A stretch of 64,000 nt of DNA from NCBI RefSeq assembly GCF_021869535.1, contig NW_026262615.1, positions 12,896,001 to 12,960,000 of the forward strand, written 5' to 3'. Source of the stretch: Mytilus californianus. Taxonomy: Eukaryota. Within the stretch, counting starts at the first letter, position 1. The number at the start of each line of letters is the position of its first letter. This document shows positions 26,640-39,741 of this stretch, in pieces. The translations under genes and the position numbers were made by a program. The notes beneath the pieces were generated by a model that was not told where the DNA came from, did not search any database, and worked only from the letters and a program-made list of their open reading frames with translations.

Positions 26640-26925
26640 TCCTGGTTGGTCTCGTGGGAGTGTGTTTGCCTCGAGAGCGGGAGGTTGTTGGTTGGAATCC
26701 CGACCGGGTCAAACAATGAAGTTAAAATTGGTATTTGCTGTTTCAACGCCAAACGCGCGTCATTTAAGAGTAAGAGCACAGACTGGTAAGCTCGTAGTCA
26801 GAAATGTGTCCGGGTTTGGTGTCTTTTCTTCCTGCGAACTGTTAGCCTGTGAAGTTACACGTTAAAAATCCGACTCAGCCTGTCGGTCTAGTACAAAACA
26901 GGGTTAATGTTCATATCATACTTAC
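26640..26925 (+). mobile_element. tRNA-derived SINE (second, headless copy at 61625-61825)
   Basis: A box TGGTCTCGTGG at 26647-26657, B box GGTTGGAATCC at 26690-26700, then ggtcaaac...aaaattggtatttgctg central domain shared with the 61.6-kb copy. Confidence 0.7.
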
Positions 26926-26965
26926 ATGTTTTTGTTCTGAATATTCATTTAATTTGCCGGTAAAT

Positions 26966-28083
26966 GATATAAAATCAAATGTGCTTGTTGGGATATCTTT
27001 GACGGTAAATATTATTAAATTAACTCCGTATTTTTTAGTCATGGGGCGGTTTTGAGTTGATTGTTCTGTATATAGGCATCTTTCCATGACAAAAGACTGT
27101 ATGTTGAATCTTAATGTTTTGATTTGTCTGTGTCGTTGGGTTGCTGTCGCATTAATGTATACTTTTATCTCCTTTTATTCAAAACCAAAGGATTGACTTG
27201 GGTATAGAAATATTGACGTCTCTGGACTTCTACCGTCCGACAGTATACCCTTGCTAAAGTTGTGCGTCCGTTTGGCTGTTCGGATGTATAAATACGCAGC
27301 TTCATCCGGTCGAAATAGAAATGTCTTATATCCGATGCCTGGTGTAGTGAGAGTTTCACGCTATCTTTACTTTAAAGAACCATTTGAATAACTCTTTGAG
27401 GGAGGAAAAACGATCTGCGCACAAGTTCAATGATTGAAATCTGTAAAAATCTTCAAATAAGTCGCATGGCTGAATTTAACTCATTTGTTTGCGCCTTTTG
27501 GGATATCTATGACGGTAAATAATATAAAATCAAATGTGCCTATTGGGATATCTTTGACGGTAGATATTATTTAATTAACTCCGTATTTTTAAGTCATGGG
27601 GCGGTTTTGAGTTTATTGTTCCGTATATAGGCATCTTTCTATTACAAAAGACTGTATGTTGACTCTTAATGTTTTGATTTGTCTGTGTCGTTGGGTTGCT
27701 GTCGCATTAATGTATACCTTTATATCCTTTTATTCAAAACCAAAGGATTGACTTGAGTATAGCAATATTGACGTCTCTGGACTTCTTCCTTTAACAGTAT
27801 ACCCTTGCTAAAGGGGTGCGTCCGTTTGACTGTTCGGATGTATAAATACGCATCTTCATCCGGTCGAAATAGAAATGTCTTATATCCGATGCCTGGTGTA
27901 ATGAGGTGTAATGAGAGTTTCACGCTAACTTTACTTTAAAGAATTATTTGAATAACTCTTTGAAGGGAAAATACGATCTACGCACAAGTTAAATGATTAA
28001 AATCTGTAAACAAAAACAAAGGTCAGCTTAATCTTCAAATAAGTCGCATGGCTGAGTTTAACTCATTCTTTTTGCGCCTTTTG
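26966..28083. repeat. Diverged tandem duplication, about 555-bp unit x 2
   Basis: Units 26966-27499 and 27521-28083 are colinear, with scattered substitutions and small indels. Confidence 0.85.
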
Positions 28084-30607
28084 CAAGGACAATTGTAGAT
28101 GAAAAAAAATTAAATAACAAAAACGATCACTAAGACAATATCTAAAAAAATAAATGAAACGGCCAAACTAAGTTGAATTCTTATATAAATTGTTGCCATC
28201 ATTTTTTTATCCATTTTTGCTTTTATGACAACTATTCCAGATATAAAACAAAACTTGACACAGCAAATGTTGTCACCTAGACAAAGACTGCAGTCGTTGT
28301 ACACTTCTATATATGAGTAATTGCCACTCAATGAAAATTTATTTTCTGTTCTACTCCCCTCCTAGTTTGGCTGGATAGAACACAATGTAACCCCTGATGT
28401 GGACTACGTTATTTAATGTTAAACAAAAAAAAAAATGCACAGAGAAAGATGAGGAAAGAAATGCTAAAATCTAATCTTAAAAATAAAATATAAAAAATAA
28501 AATTCAAATATATAAACATGGGAAACTGACTGATTGAGACAATTATCAACTGAAAATTAATGATTATACATCACTATCTGATTAATTGGTTGCTCCTGTA
28601 ATCTCCAGTGGCAAATATATCATGCATATTCACGACAAGATGCAAAATGGATCGACCTGAAGCAAATGATAACAGTTTTAGAGTGACACTTTAATAAAAC
28701 AGCGTAAAACGTTTGACGTACTAGACTGAAGTTGAACCATCATCAAAATCGTAAGTTAGGCCATTATCATTACCCCCTCTTTTTCTCCACGGTAGACGAA
28801 TGCCAAAAACAAAACGACATGAATTAACATCAATTACGCCCACTATAAGTAAATGAGATATGGACTTTTTTTGTAAATAAATTCCTATTGCTGCAAACAT
28901 TTCCAGATTTCGTACAGGTGTGTATTTCCACTCAAATGACTGGTTATTGACCGGAGATATTAAATCAGCCAAAAGCACTTTGATTCTCTGAAATTGTCAA
29001 TTTTAATATTTTGCTGGCTGTTTTTTCCCGATCCTATTTTGGACCCCCTGATTCTAAGAGGGCGTGTCTAATTAGTCATGCCCGATTAACTTTTAGTAAA
29101 TTGAACCTCAACTTAAAGACCTACACCGGGTTAATAAGTTCGAGTTACAAAAAGTAAACGAACAGGTTTGTAATATACAGTTTTGAATCAGAATGAATAC
29201 ATAAGTCCTGATGAGGATTTGTTTCCATATATATTTATTTAAGCTTAAACTAAACCTCAAAGTCTGTCAGAACCTTGCTCCTCAATCGTTTTTCATGTTA
29301 ACACTGACTCATTGCAATCAATTATAAAAGTGACATTTTTTTTTCCAATATGTACTGATATCATCTTTATACTGACCTATAAATACAGTTTTCTCAATTG
29401 CACGTAAACGTTTGGTAGCATTTAATTCATATTTAACAATGTATTGATATAGTTCAAATTTCCTTACAAAAGCAACTTTTAAATTATTTCGGTGTCGCAG
29501 CATAGACACAAGAACGATTTATCGTTTTTGATCTATTACATAGATTGCCAATAAGACAACCTTCCACCAGAAACCGCATGACGTACTATTGAGCCAATTT
29601 CGAACTGAAAGTGTCATTTCGAAATGAACAACTCTCAAAAGACTGACAAATACTAGTGAATCAGCCAATTTACAGACTGATCGATTGCTATACATTCAGT
29701 ATTGTTCAGATCAAGATCAAAACTAATACTGTATTGTAAGCTATCCAAAACTCTAAGGTTTTGTTTACTACATTTAACTTGTTTTTGATAACAAACATTT
29801 GATATGGCTAATAAAGTACTTTTTCTGTTTTTGTCGTACTTGATATTCGTACTATAAAGTGTTTTTTAACTAACCTATATTGTCTTCCTTTATACAGCTT
29901 TTTCTAATCCTTCTGTTTGAGTATTCAGACTCGTAAAAACCGTTATGATGAAGTGATCTATGTATAGTATTAACCCTCGACTATTGTTGAAGACCATGTG
30001 TTGTCCTCAATGCGTCTTTTGTTTTTGTCTTTAATCAATCTGCCATGTTATCGCCATTTGTCATGTCTTTTGTGTGTAATACATGGATTTGATCATCAAT
30101 TCTTATTGTGTGATATATGTATTTAAAAGTCATATAGAGGGATGTTTTGATCTTGACAACAAAAGAAATACCATTTAAATGTTCTACTCGTACAATAACA
30201 GATTTGAAATATTAGAATATAAGACAATTTGTTTTATCATCATAATCATCTCTTCACAATAATATGACTAAAAAATACAACCAAGTTCATCTTAAAGAAC
30301 ATTTTTCGATTATTTTTTCAAAATTAAATATGCCTGTGTCACTGTAGCGTGCATTAATAATCAACGACCATTTCTAACTTACAAGAAAACTCTATTTGTA
30401 TATATATTTTTTGTACCTTCTTTATTGTGAACAGTTCTAAATATTTTATTGAAGCTGAAAGCAAAATAGAGAGTAATGTGAATTTAGCTTTACTTTCATA
30501 AGCATGATAAGTTCAATGAATAAATACATATTTTAAACGTTCCTAAATTTGTGTTTTAAATTAACTCGTTATAAGCTCTTATCAACTGATTTTGATAGTT
30601 TGTTTAT

Positions 30608-30975
30608 ATGTTGTACTGTTACACCGCTATCCCAGGTTAGAGGGAGGGTTAGGCGCCCGCTATCATGTTTAACCCCACAACATTCTGTATATACCTGTTC
30701 CAAGTCAGGAGTCTGCAATTCAGTGGTTGTCGTTTGTTGCTGTATATAATATCTGTGTTTCGTTCATTGTTTTTTTTTTACATAAATCAGGCCGTTAGTT
30801 TTCACGTTTGAATTGTTTTACATTTGTCATTTCGGGGGTTTTATAGCTGACTATTTGGTATGGGTTTTCTCATTGTTGAAGGCCGTACGGAGACCTATAG
30901 TTGTTAACTTCTATGTCATTTGGTCTTTTGTGGAGAGTTGTTTCATTGGTAATTATACCACATTTTCTTATTTTT
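30608..30975 (+). repeat. Short interspersed repeat, family B (other copies about 37975-38185, 38395-38580 -, 44215-44475, 45290-45425, 46880-47150, 47905-48150, 63315-63590)
   Basis: Shared ccaagtcagga...gtggttgtcg...ggccgttagtttt...tatgggtttt...gttgtctcattg...cacat. Confidence 0.75.
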
Positions 30976-31006
30976 ATCATTATAGATACCAGTATGAAAA
31001 TGTTGT

Positions 31007-31050
31007 ACACCAGACGTGCGTTTCGTCTACAAAAGACTCATCAGTGACGC
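31007..31050 (-). ncRNA. Minimal type I hammerhead ribozyme in a retrozyme-type repeat (about 30984-31230)
   Basis: GCGTCA-CTGATGA-GTC ttttgta GAC-GAAAC-GCAC-GTC-TGGTGT: complete catalytic core with stems I-III. Confidence 0.8.
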
Positions 31051-33984
31051 TCGAATAAAAAAAGTTAAAATGTCAAAAAAAGTACGAAGTTGCAAAGCTT
31101 TTGAGGACCCAGAATTCCGAAAGGTTTTGCCAAATACTGCTTAGGTTATGTATTCCTGGGTAGAAAAATCCCTAGTATTTCGAAAAAAAGTTTGTTGTAA
31201 ACAAGTTATTTATAATAACGACCAAATCTGTTGTTTTTTTTTTTTTTTACAATAAGCATTAGCCCTCATACAAAATTAATGAATGTTTACATTATTACAT
31301 TGAAATAATGTGTTGATTATGATTAATCAAATGAATATAAGTAGTATTTCTTTGCGTGGACGTAGCGATCAAATTAAATACACAACGATTAGAGACCCGT
31401 CATAATGTGTTGACCAGAGTAATTTTTTTTTGTCCATTGACGATTTATACATGTTATAAGAGTCGAAACAATTTGTTTAGCTCAAGCTCTAATGAATTCA
31501 AATTGTACACATGCTTTAACTAGATCCAACGACGACGAAAAAAATACCATAAACTGAAACAGGAATGCAGTAGACAAAAGCAAAACGAGGCATTAGTATT
31601 TTATAGAACTTACACTTAAACATATGAAAATACTTGTGGTTAATCGTCAAACAATAATAGGATAGAATGTTTTAAAACTGATTGGCTAAGTCTCAAGCTT
31701 GTCGGGTAATTTACAAAGAAAAATGAAGATCGGAATCTATAAGTTACATATAAGAAGTACATAACAGGACACACAAACACTCATTCGATGCTTTCAACAT
31801 CAGCAATATCTTAGGGCATCAGTTAATAGTGCAAAATTAAACCAAAGACACACTAGATCTAGTCATCACGTATCCGCTATTAAGGTGTTTGAACTGCTTT
31901 TAAAAGGAGAATGAATGTGTTGGATATTAAATAAAATTAAAAATTAAAACTTGACTAACCAGTCTTAGAATCAAAGGGTATGAGACTACAAGTAACTGTA
32001 TGGCATTTAACAACGAGTAAAGTAAGCTATATGATATATTACGGTTCTTTAAGCACATTTCTGTTTTTTTGTCGTCTTTGACATACTTTTAGTCGTATAC
32101 TCAATAAGGAATATCTTGAAAACAGTAACACAAAAGTTAAGTTTAAATTAAGTTATTATTTTTTGAAACCAAATTGAAAAGAAGGATCTGTCGGTACGAC
32201 ACAACGGCCCTTGTCTGCAGCTTTACTACGAAACGTCTATCAACCGGCACTTATCTTTAAATCATTAATATGCATTTATGTATAAAAACTAGTTCAAGAG
32301 TTGTAGCTATAATCACATTTCTGAAGAATGAAATTTTCATATTTTTTTTTTAATTCTATAAAAAAATCTGCCATGCCGCCACAAAACAAATTTGATCTGT
32401 AAGTTATCATTACAAACTAGTGTTAAATCAGATTAATATAAAAAAAAAGGTCAGGACAACTTTGAATTCATATTATGCCAAAAGGACGGAAAACGAACAT
32501 GTTAACTACTTGTCCGACTACACTTATGTCTGAGCCATAACAGATACAAAACTATCTTAAAAGTGACATTTGCTGTTTTGTTCATGCTTTCTGTGTCAAG
32601 TATTTATCTTCAGCGAATAAGAACAAGAATATCAGGCTGATATCCGGCTTCATGTCGCCTTTTTTCTCCTCATTGCAGAGTTCATTGTCAAAAGAATTTT
32701 TTACGACCTAATATTCAAATTGAAATATTGTCTGCTTAATTATCCAACTCAACCTTTCATTGGTGTTAATTAGTGTAGTGTTTAAGTATCGTCTACTTAA
32801 AAATGATCTAGTATTACTATTTGTATAAATCATTGACTGATTCGTATATGCATTCTATGTATAATGAAAAAGATCATATATGTATTAATACATTGTTGTT
32901 TATAAATCGTCATGTGTTTCGCTAGAACAAAAGAAATGTCATTTAAATACTCTACATGAAGTCCGATTATAATTGAATTGACAGAATATTATAATACTAT
33001 TTTGTAAACTAGAATGCATGTTATCATAGACACACTATTCTATAATTGAATAAACAAAATACAATTATGTGCATTTAATGAACCCTCAGTCCCATCTTTT
33101 TACAAATGCATGAAACACCAAACATTGTGAATATAATAAATCCAATATAATGTAACTGTTGCGTAATCAGTGCATATAGTATTATGATAAATGACATGTA
33201 TCAATCAATATAGGATAATTATTCGTTTAAAAGGGTATAACACGAACATCCTCAGTGAAAAAGAAGAAAAGACAGCTGGTGCTATTGATTATATTCAAAA
33301 CGTATGTATTTTTAAAAAAATATACTAAATTGTGAATGAAATGGTTAATTTCAATTAATTGTGATATATGAATAAAAACAAAAATAGTAATAAAATATAT
33401 GAGTTATGCTTGTTAAAACTTCATCTTGTGCGTCTTATTTTTGTAAAACAAAAACAAAATGAAATATTGGATAAAAGAGAAGCGACAGATACCAAACTGC
33501 CAAAGGAACATTTAAACTCGTAAGTCGAAAATAAACTGACAACGCCATGGCTATAGGTAAGTGTCAATAAATAAGAGGTAACAGTAGATTGACGATAAGA
33601 GAATGCAATGGAAAACAAACGGACAAAATATAGGGTCCACAGGATGGTAAATGTGTTATGGTTAATATGCATTATCCGCCAGCCCAATTCAGATTCCGTC
33701 AAATGTAATAACATGGAAAAATTAAACACTCGGAAAATATGGCAAGAGGATTATAGCGATGTCTTATAATCTAATATCGCAACAACATGTCGCACGTAAA
33801 TACTCGTGGATCCGTCCTATAAATTCAAAGCATATATTATGAAGTAAGATTTTTTCCAATATTTATAAATAGAATCATGCAGGATGAACATATAGTATTA
33901 TTAATCAAAAATCAATAGTGCAACTTTTTAGAACAACATTGATATATATATTGTGCATGATAAATTGTTCTTTCAGTCAGACCC

Positions 33985-34048
33985 ATGTTACATCTCGCTG
34001 TCACAACTGTTTTACTATTCCAATACTCAATCCATGGACAATCTTCTG
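33985..34048 (+). CDS. SRCR-TSP1 receptor, signal peptide exon (MLHLAVTTVLLFQYSIHGQSS)
   Basis: Hydrophobic N-terminus, donor gtatgt, phase 1; acceptor tcag at 33980. An upstream ATGAA|gtaag at 33839-33843 would add MKP in frame. Confidence 0.75.
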
Positions 34049-34432
34049 GTATGTTTTAAATATAAAATAAGGAAAACATGTGACTATGACAGTAGACATT
34101 GTTATATTTTTTTTATCATCCTCAAGACAAGCATATCAAACTTAATCAAATCGAATTTGCTGTGTTCAACACCACCTGTTTTATTTTCCACCATTAGCAA
34201 GGATAAAAATTGATTGTTCCTAAACTCTCACATTAAAAACATTACTTGCATAATCATCAAATTTGAAAGAAAAGCCTAATTGAAAAGACATTACTCTAGT
34301 CATTATCCTTTAGAAAGATTATGAAGTATTGTATAAGCAACACAAATAAAACAGATAGATTTTGATCAGTCCTAAACCGGTTAATATTTAATAACATAAT
34401 ATGTGTAAGTATGTAAAGCATTGTTTTTGAAG

Positions 34433-34553
34433 GTGACATTCGTCTTGTGAAAAGAAGGCTTGAGATTTTCTACAATTTTGAATGGGGAACAGTATGTGAT
34501 GATAGCTTTGGTGACATTGACGCTGTAGTTGCATGTAAACAACTCAGTTACAG
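34433..34553 (+). CDS. SRCR domain exon 1 ([40 protein letters not shown])
   Basis: WGTVCDD and VACKQL are SRCR signatures; phase 1 to 2, donor gtgtgt. Confidence 0.9.
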
Positions 34554-36129
34554 GTGTGTGCATGCTATTTTCATTTTGAAATGACTAAACAATGGTCGAA
34601 ATAGAAATTGGAAACATGGAATGCGTTAAAAAGTCAACAACCAGACATAAGAGCAGATAAGATTTCAAAACCACCAATGGGTCTTCAGCAAAAAAATCCC
34701 GCAACCAGAGTTGAGCTACAGCTGGCTCTTGAAAAATAATGTATACTAGTTGAGCTAAATGGACGCCACACTGATCTCCGAAACATACATAGGAACCAAA
34801 ATTATAAAAAAAAAAAAAAAAACACACACGACTAACTTAGGTTAGAGGTTTCTGATTTGATAAATGGTATTCATTTGGGTTGTTTTGGTAGGATGTCTTA
34901 AACATCTTTGAAGTAAAAAAAAAAAGATATATCTTTAAGACACCTTAAAAGTTTGACGCATGAAGACAGAGTATCTAGATGGAAAATAGAATACATTTGA
35001 AATATGCTTTTCTTTTTTGTTCATCGAATTAATTTCATTATATATAATTCTAGAACTGAATACAGTTTGATTAACACTTAGTAGATACACAAATTTTCTG
35101 TATAGACAGAGGACGTCTTTCTGCTCTTTTTAAAGAATTAAACTATTGATGTATAGCCGAAATGCTTTTTATGTTACAGTTTGCAATTACAAGCATTCAT
35201 AACTATTTTGTCTTAAGTTCAAATAAAGTTACAGTCATTTCCTGTCAAAACTACATCTTATCCTGACTTTTGCTGAAATACTCAACGTACCTTAAATTGC
35301 ATATTAGAGCGTTCTGGTTACTGGAAGTCTGGAAGTACAAAAGCAGGTACTTCTGCTCTGAACAACGGGAAAAATATGCCCTCCTATTTTAATTTAATAT
35401 ATTATGCTATTACTCATAAGAAACTTTCAACAAGAGTTCGATAGTGTTTCAAAGTCCTTAAGCTTTCATTTTATGTACAAAATAAAGGATATTGTACTTT
35501 TTGACAAATTTAACATATGTACTTCTTTCTTGAATGTTATTTCAGCCCTCTTTTATTTAAATGAACTTGCATTGCATCATTTCTGGACTGTCTTACTCAT
35601 ACCACATCTTCTTATTTATATTTGTGTCATATAATAAACACATATAAACGACTTTTCGATCACTTACTTGTACAAGATTTATCAAGACAAAATGCTTTAT
35701 AGCAAAATACATCAATTAAAGAGAAACTGGTTCCGACAAACACAATGTTTTTCAAGTTTCTAGTCTTAGATCCCTGTTCTTCGAATACTTATTTCAGCGA
35801 ACATTCTCACTGAATATGAATATCTGTTGATGATATGAAGGAGAGTTTCACGGAAAAAAGACCAATGTGTGTAAGAAGGATGACCTCTTGTAAAAGTTTT
35901 CCAAATTGCTTGATTTAATCTAAATTTGTATTAGCTTTTTTTTGTCTGGTTTACTTCTCAATGTCAGATGCGCAACCTTAATTAAACCGCTTCCTTGATG
36001 CATAATGTTGAAGGAATAGTATCATGTTGTGCTAAACATAAGCGAATAAACCTGTTATATCTTGCTGATAGTTGACAAAATGCATCAATATATAATAGAA
36101 ATAAGGAATACAACTTTCTTTATTTATAG

Positions 36130-36305
36130 TACTGGAATTTCATTAGGTAGTGATGTCGATGATGGTTCTGGAAGAATTTGGCTCGACGATGTTAACTGTT
36201 TCGGAAATGAACGCAAATTGATTTATTGTGCACACCCAGGTTTTGGAGTCGGAAACTGTAACCATAATGAAGATGTAGGACTTTATTGTTTTAATATGAC
36301 TGAAG
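36130..36305 (+). CDS. SRCR domain exon 2 (TGISLG...IWLDDVNCFGNERKLIYCAH...NCNHNEDVGLYCFNMTE)
   Basis: IWLDDVNC and CxHxEDVG signatures; six Cys across the domain (group A type); phase 2 to 1, donor gtatgc. Confidence 0.92.
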
Positions 36306-36339
36306 GTATGCAATTAAATTGACTGTTTTTATGATAGTA

Positions 36340-36590
36340 GAGGGGCTTTATGTTTTCCGGTCCGTTCGTCCGTCCGTCTGTCCCGCTTCAGGTGAAAGTT
36401 TTTGGTCAAGGTAGTTTTTGATGAAGTTGAAGTCCGATCAATTTGAAACTTAGTACACATGTTCCCTATGATATGATCTTTCTAATTTTAATGCCAAATT
36501 AGAGTTTTGACCCCAATTGCAAGGTTCACTGAACATAGAAAATGAAAGTGCGAGTGGGGCATTCGTGTACTATGGACACATTCTTGTTTT
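36340..36590 (+). mobile_element. HINE/DINE-1-like non-autonomous Helentron
   Basis: (GTCC/GTTC)n microsatellite after the 5' end and 3' gggcattcgtgtactatggacacattcttgt. Confidence 0.6.
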
Positions 36591-37199
36591 TTATAATTTG
36601 CCAAATTATAACTTAACGCGTGTGAATTTAGATTGTGACACTTAGAATGGCGACATTTGATATCAATTGAATTAGAAAACTACAAATCTGACTTTTAAAC
36701 AATCAAACAAAAGTTATATGATACTGATATTAAGTCAATATATTTGAACTTATATTGAAAACATGTTTGCTTGGCTACACGAATATGACTTACAAAATAC
36801 AAGCATCATCTTATGGCAAACAGTCGTGTTTTTCTCTCCGACGATCTTATTCTGTATTCGAATAAGACTGGATTTATATTGGATCATCTCAAAAACAATG
36901 AACATAATATCCTCCTTATTTCATGCCGTGAAAACTATACAATATATAGTTGAGTCTACTTCTTCAATTGAATATGTCATTACCTAATTTTTAAAGATTT
37001 TTCATATGTCATGGTACACAAAACGGATATCATGCAAACCAATTTGAAACGCTGATTTCACATCTGATGTTGCAATTTTCTGTTTATTGTTAGTGAAAGT
37101 TTGACACTTTCATATTAATGTGAATTTATAATTTAATTTGAAGCTCACATGGTCAAAACGGCCAGTTTTAGCAAATACAATCTCCCAGCATTAGTGATA

Positions 37200-37975
37200 C
37201 ATGTACGTTCACCGTTAAATATATTTTCAAAATCTTCTTTTCTGATATATCCTGCAGAACTAGAAATTAAAGAAACAATAAACACGGCTTCCTCCGCGTC
37301 ATTTTTAGACTTATACCTTGAATTTGACACAAGCGGTCATCTCAGTACCAGAATCTATAACAAGAGAGACGATTTTAATTTTGAAATTTCCCCCATCTTA
37401 GTAGCACGACACCAACTTCACTTGCATATGGGATATACATTTCCCAACTCAATCAGTATCCAAGAGCTTTCAGCTGCTACCCAGACTTTATAAAACGTCA
37501 TCAGTATCAGAGCAGAAAGTTGAGGAATCAGGGTTATGTCAAAGAACGTCTCGTCCTTTTTTTTAAAAAAATCATCGGAAGATACCAAGACCTTGTTGAT
37601 AAATATTCCGTATAAACTTCACAAATGATACACGCTGGTCTTGAAGTATAGATTCTAGGTACTGACGTTTTTTATCATCTTTATTACGTGTTATAGTGTT
37701 TTTTTTTTTATTTCTCTTTGTAAATTATTAACCTTAACTGTTTAGTCCATTTTTGGTGATATCCTTTTGGCGTGGCTCGGTACTTATGCATCCCACTAAT
37801 GTATTGTTGGTACTCTTTGTCTTTCACTTTTTTGCATATGTACTCATGCATATGTTAAGATTATAACACAATGTTGATTAGTGTACCCCTTTTTTGACAT
37901 TTTTACCTATTATGTCTGTTTGTTTTGTTCACACATTGTTGTCAATATAATGGAATTTTATGCGACTGTCATACA
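37200..37975 (+). mobile_element. Penelope-like retroelement, 5'-truncated RT C-terminus and 3' UTR
   Basis: IYPAELEIKETINTASSASFLDLYLEFD...IYNKRDDFNFEI, then frameshifted FFKKIIGRYQDLVDKY. Confidence 0.8.
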
Positions 37976-39567
37976 AGTGAGAGGATTAGCTAATTATAAA
38001 ACCAGGCTTAATCCACATTTTCTACATATGGAAATGCCTATACCAAGTCGGGAATATGACAGTTGATTTCCATTCGTTTGATGTGTTTGAGCTTTTGATT
38101 TTGCCATTTGATAAGGGACTTTCCGATTTGAATTTGCCTTGGCGTTCGGTATTTTTGTTATTCTACTTTTTTCCAATATCATTCAAACTGTTGACAATCA
38201 TACTTTAAAAATTGTGTTTTATGAACAAGCTGGTTTACTAACTTGCTAAAAATAGAACACAGCGGATTATAACAAGCATTATCTATAATCGTTACATATA
38301 AAGAAGACTTGACTGGGGAAAAATGTCAAGAATATAAACTCGAGACAGATATGGCCAATAAAACACCTACATGTATCAAAATGCTTTGAAAGTAAGCATG
38401 CAGCTATAAGTCACCGTATGACCTCCAACCATGAACAAAACTCATATTGCACACTTAGCTACATACAGCCCCGACATGACAAATGTAAAATAATTCAAAC
38501 GAGAAAACTATTGCCCTGATGTATTTACAAAGCTATCAACGAAAAACAAATTAATATGATAAAAATCAACAAACGATAACCACATAGATCTGTTAGTGGG
38601 CGACCAACCACCCCCTTACCTAAGACAATGGTGTTAATGCACAACGTAAAGTAAAACAAGGAAAATCATATGAAAACAGATTGACCAATCAGACCGATAC
38701 AAAGCACATAAAATCAACTTACAAAAAGATTTAAGACATAGAGTAGATTTCTGAGAAATCAGCAAGTTACTGAAAGCTATTTGAAAGCCAATAACAACTT
38801 ATGAAACAATCATGAACAGCAACTAATATATCTATAAGTGAGTAAACAAATGAGACACTCATTTGTCGAAAACGAACTGACAATGAGGTGACAAAAATGA
38901 AAAAATGATTAAAACCCGTCGTAGTATTGATCGTGTACATGTTAGTACACACACGATAATAGTACTAAATCGGTTTGTCGCATTTGACGAAAAGATGACG
39001 GATTATAGTTTATAACTTGGTTTAAAAGATCCCCTGTATGCAGCAAAACTCTATAAAAGATATCAACATTTGTTAAACCGTTCTTGAACTCTTCAAATGA
39101 ATTGTCGTTCTTGAATGACGATGCTTACACATTTTGAGCGTTTCGGGTTAAAATCTTGATAACTATAAAACATAAAGAATAATTGTCGAACTGATAATTG
39201 GTCAACATATCAAAATATATAAGTAAGTGTACATGGTCAAAATTGTAACTCAACTCCTTTGATGTCATTAAATTACAATTTTTTCCCATTTTCTAACTTC
39301 TTTATGGAAACTGGTTACCAGGAAAAATGATAGTAATTGCCAAACATCATAATGAGAAGAATTTAGTTTATATATTAACATGATACACGGAACACATAAC
39401 AATATTAAAAATAGGACGTAAGCCTGATCTCCTGTAACAGTATGCGATTCCAAATGACATTCGTTGAATGACTCATGGCTTACAATATTGGTTACTTTTA
39501 GTAGATGATAGTAATGCATCCGGGCTTTTAACTTTTTGATAAACGTCGTACTTTGTTTTCCTATCAG

Positions 39568-39741
39568 TACAGGGTGAATGGTCTCCCTGGACAACATGGT
39601 CGGTTTGTAGTGATTATAGATGCAATGGTGGACTTCAGAGTAGATCACGTAAATGCGATGGGCCTCTTCCATCTGACAGTAGCTTATATTGTAAGGGAAC
39701 ATCAATGGAAATAAAACCTTGTAATACAACCTTATGTCCAG
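39568..39741 (+). CDS. Thrombospondin type 1 (TSP1) repeat exon (VQGEWSPWTTWSVCSDYRCNGGLQSRSRKCDGP...CKGTSMEIKPCNTTLCP)
   Basis: WxxWxxW, RSRxC and six Cys; acceptor tttgttttcctatcag, donor gtaaat, 174 nt, phase 1 to 1. Not in the ORF track; the 163-aa minus ORF here is its antisense shadow. Confidence 0.92.

Noticed and set aside
28110-28331. Cys-rich minus-strand ORF with a hydrophobic C-terminus
   Set aside because: No ATG start, no convincing acceptor and no recognisable domain.
29206-29230. CTGATGAG suggesting a fourth hammerhead
   Set aside because: No stem II closure and no GAAA core downstream.
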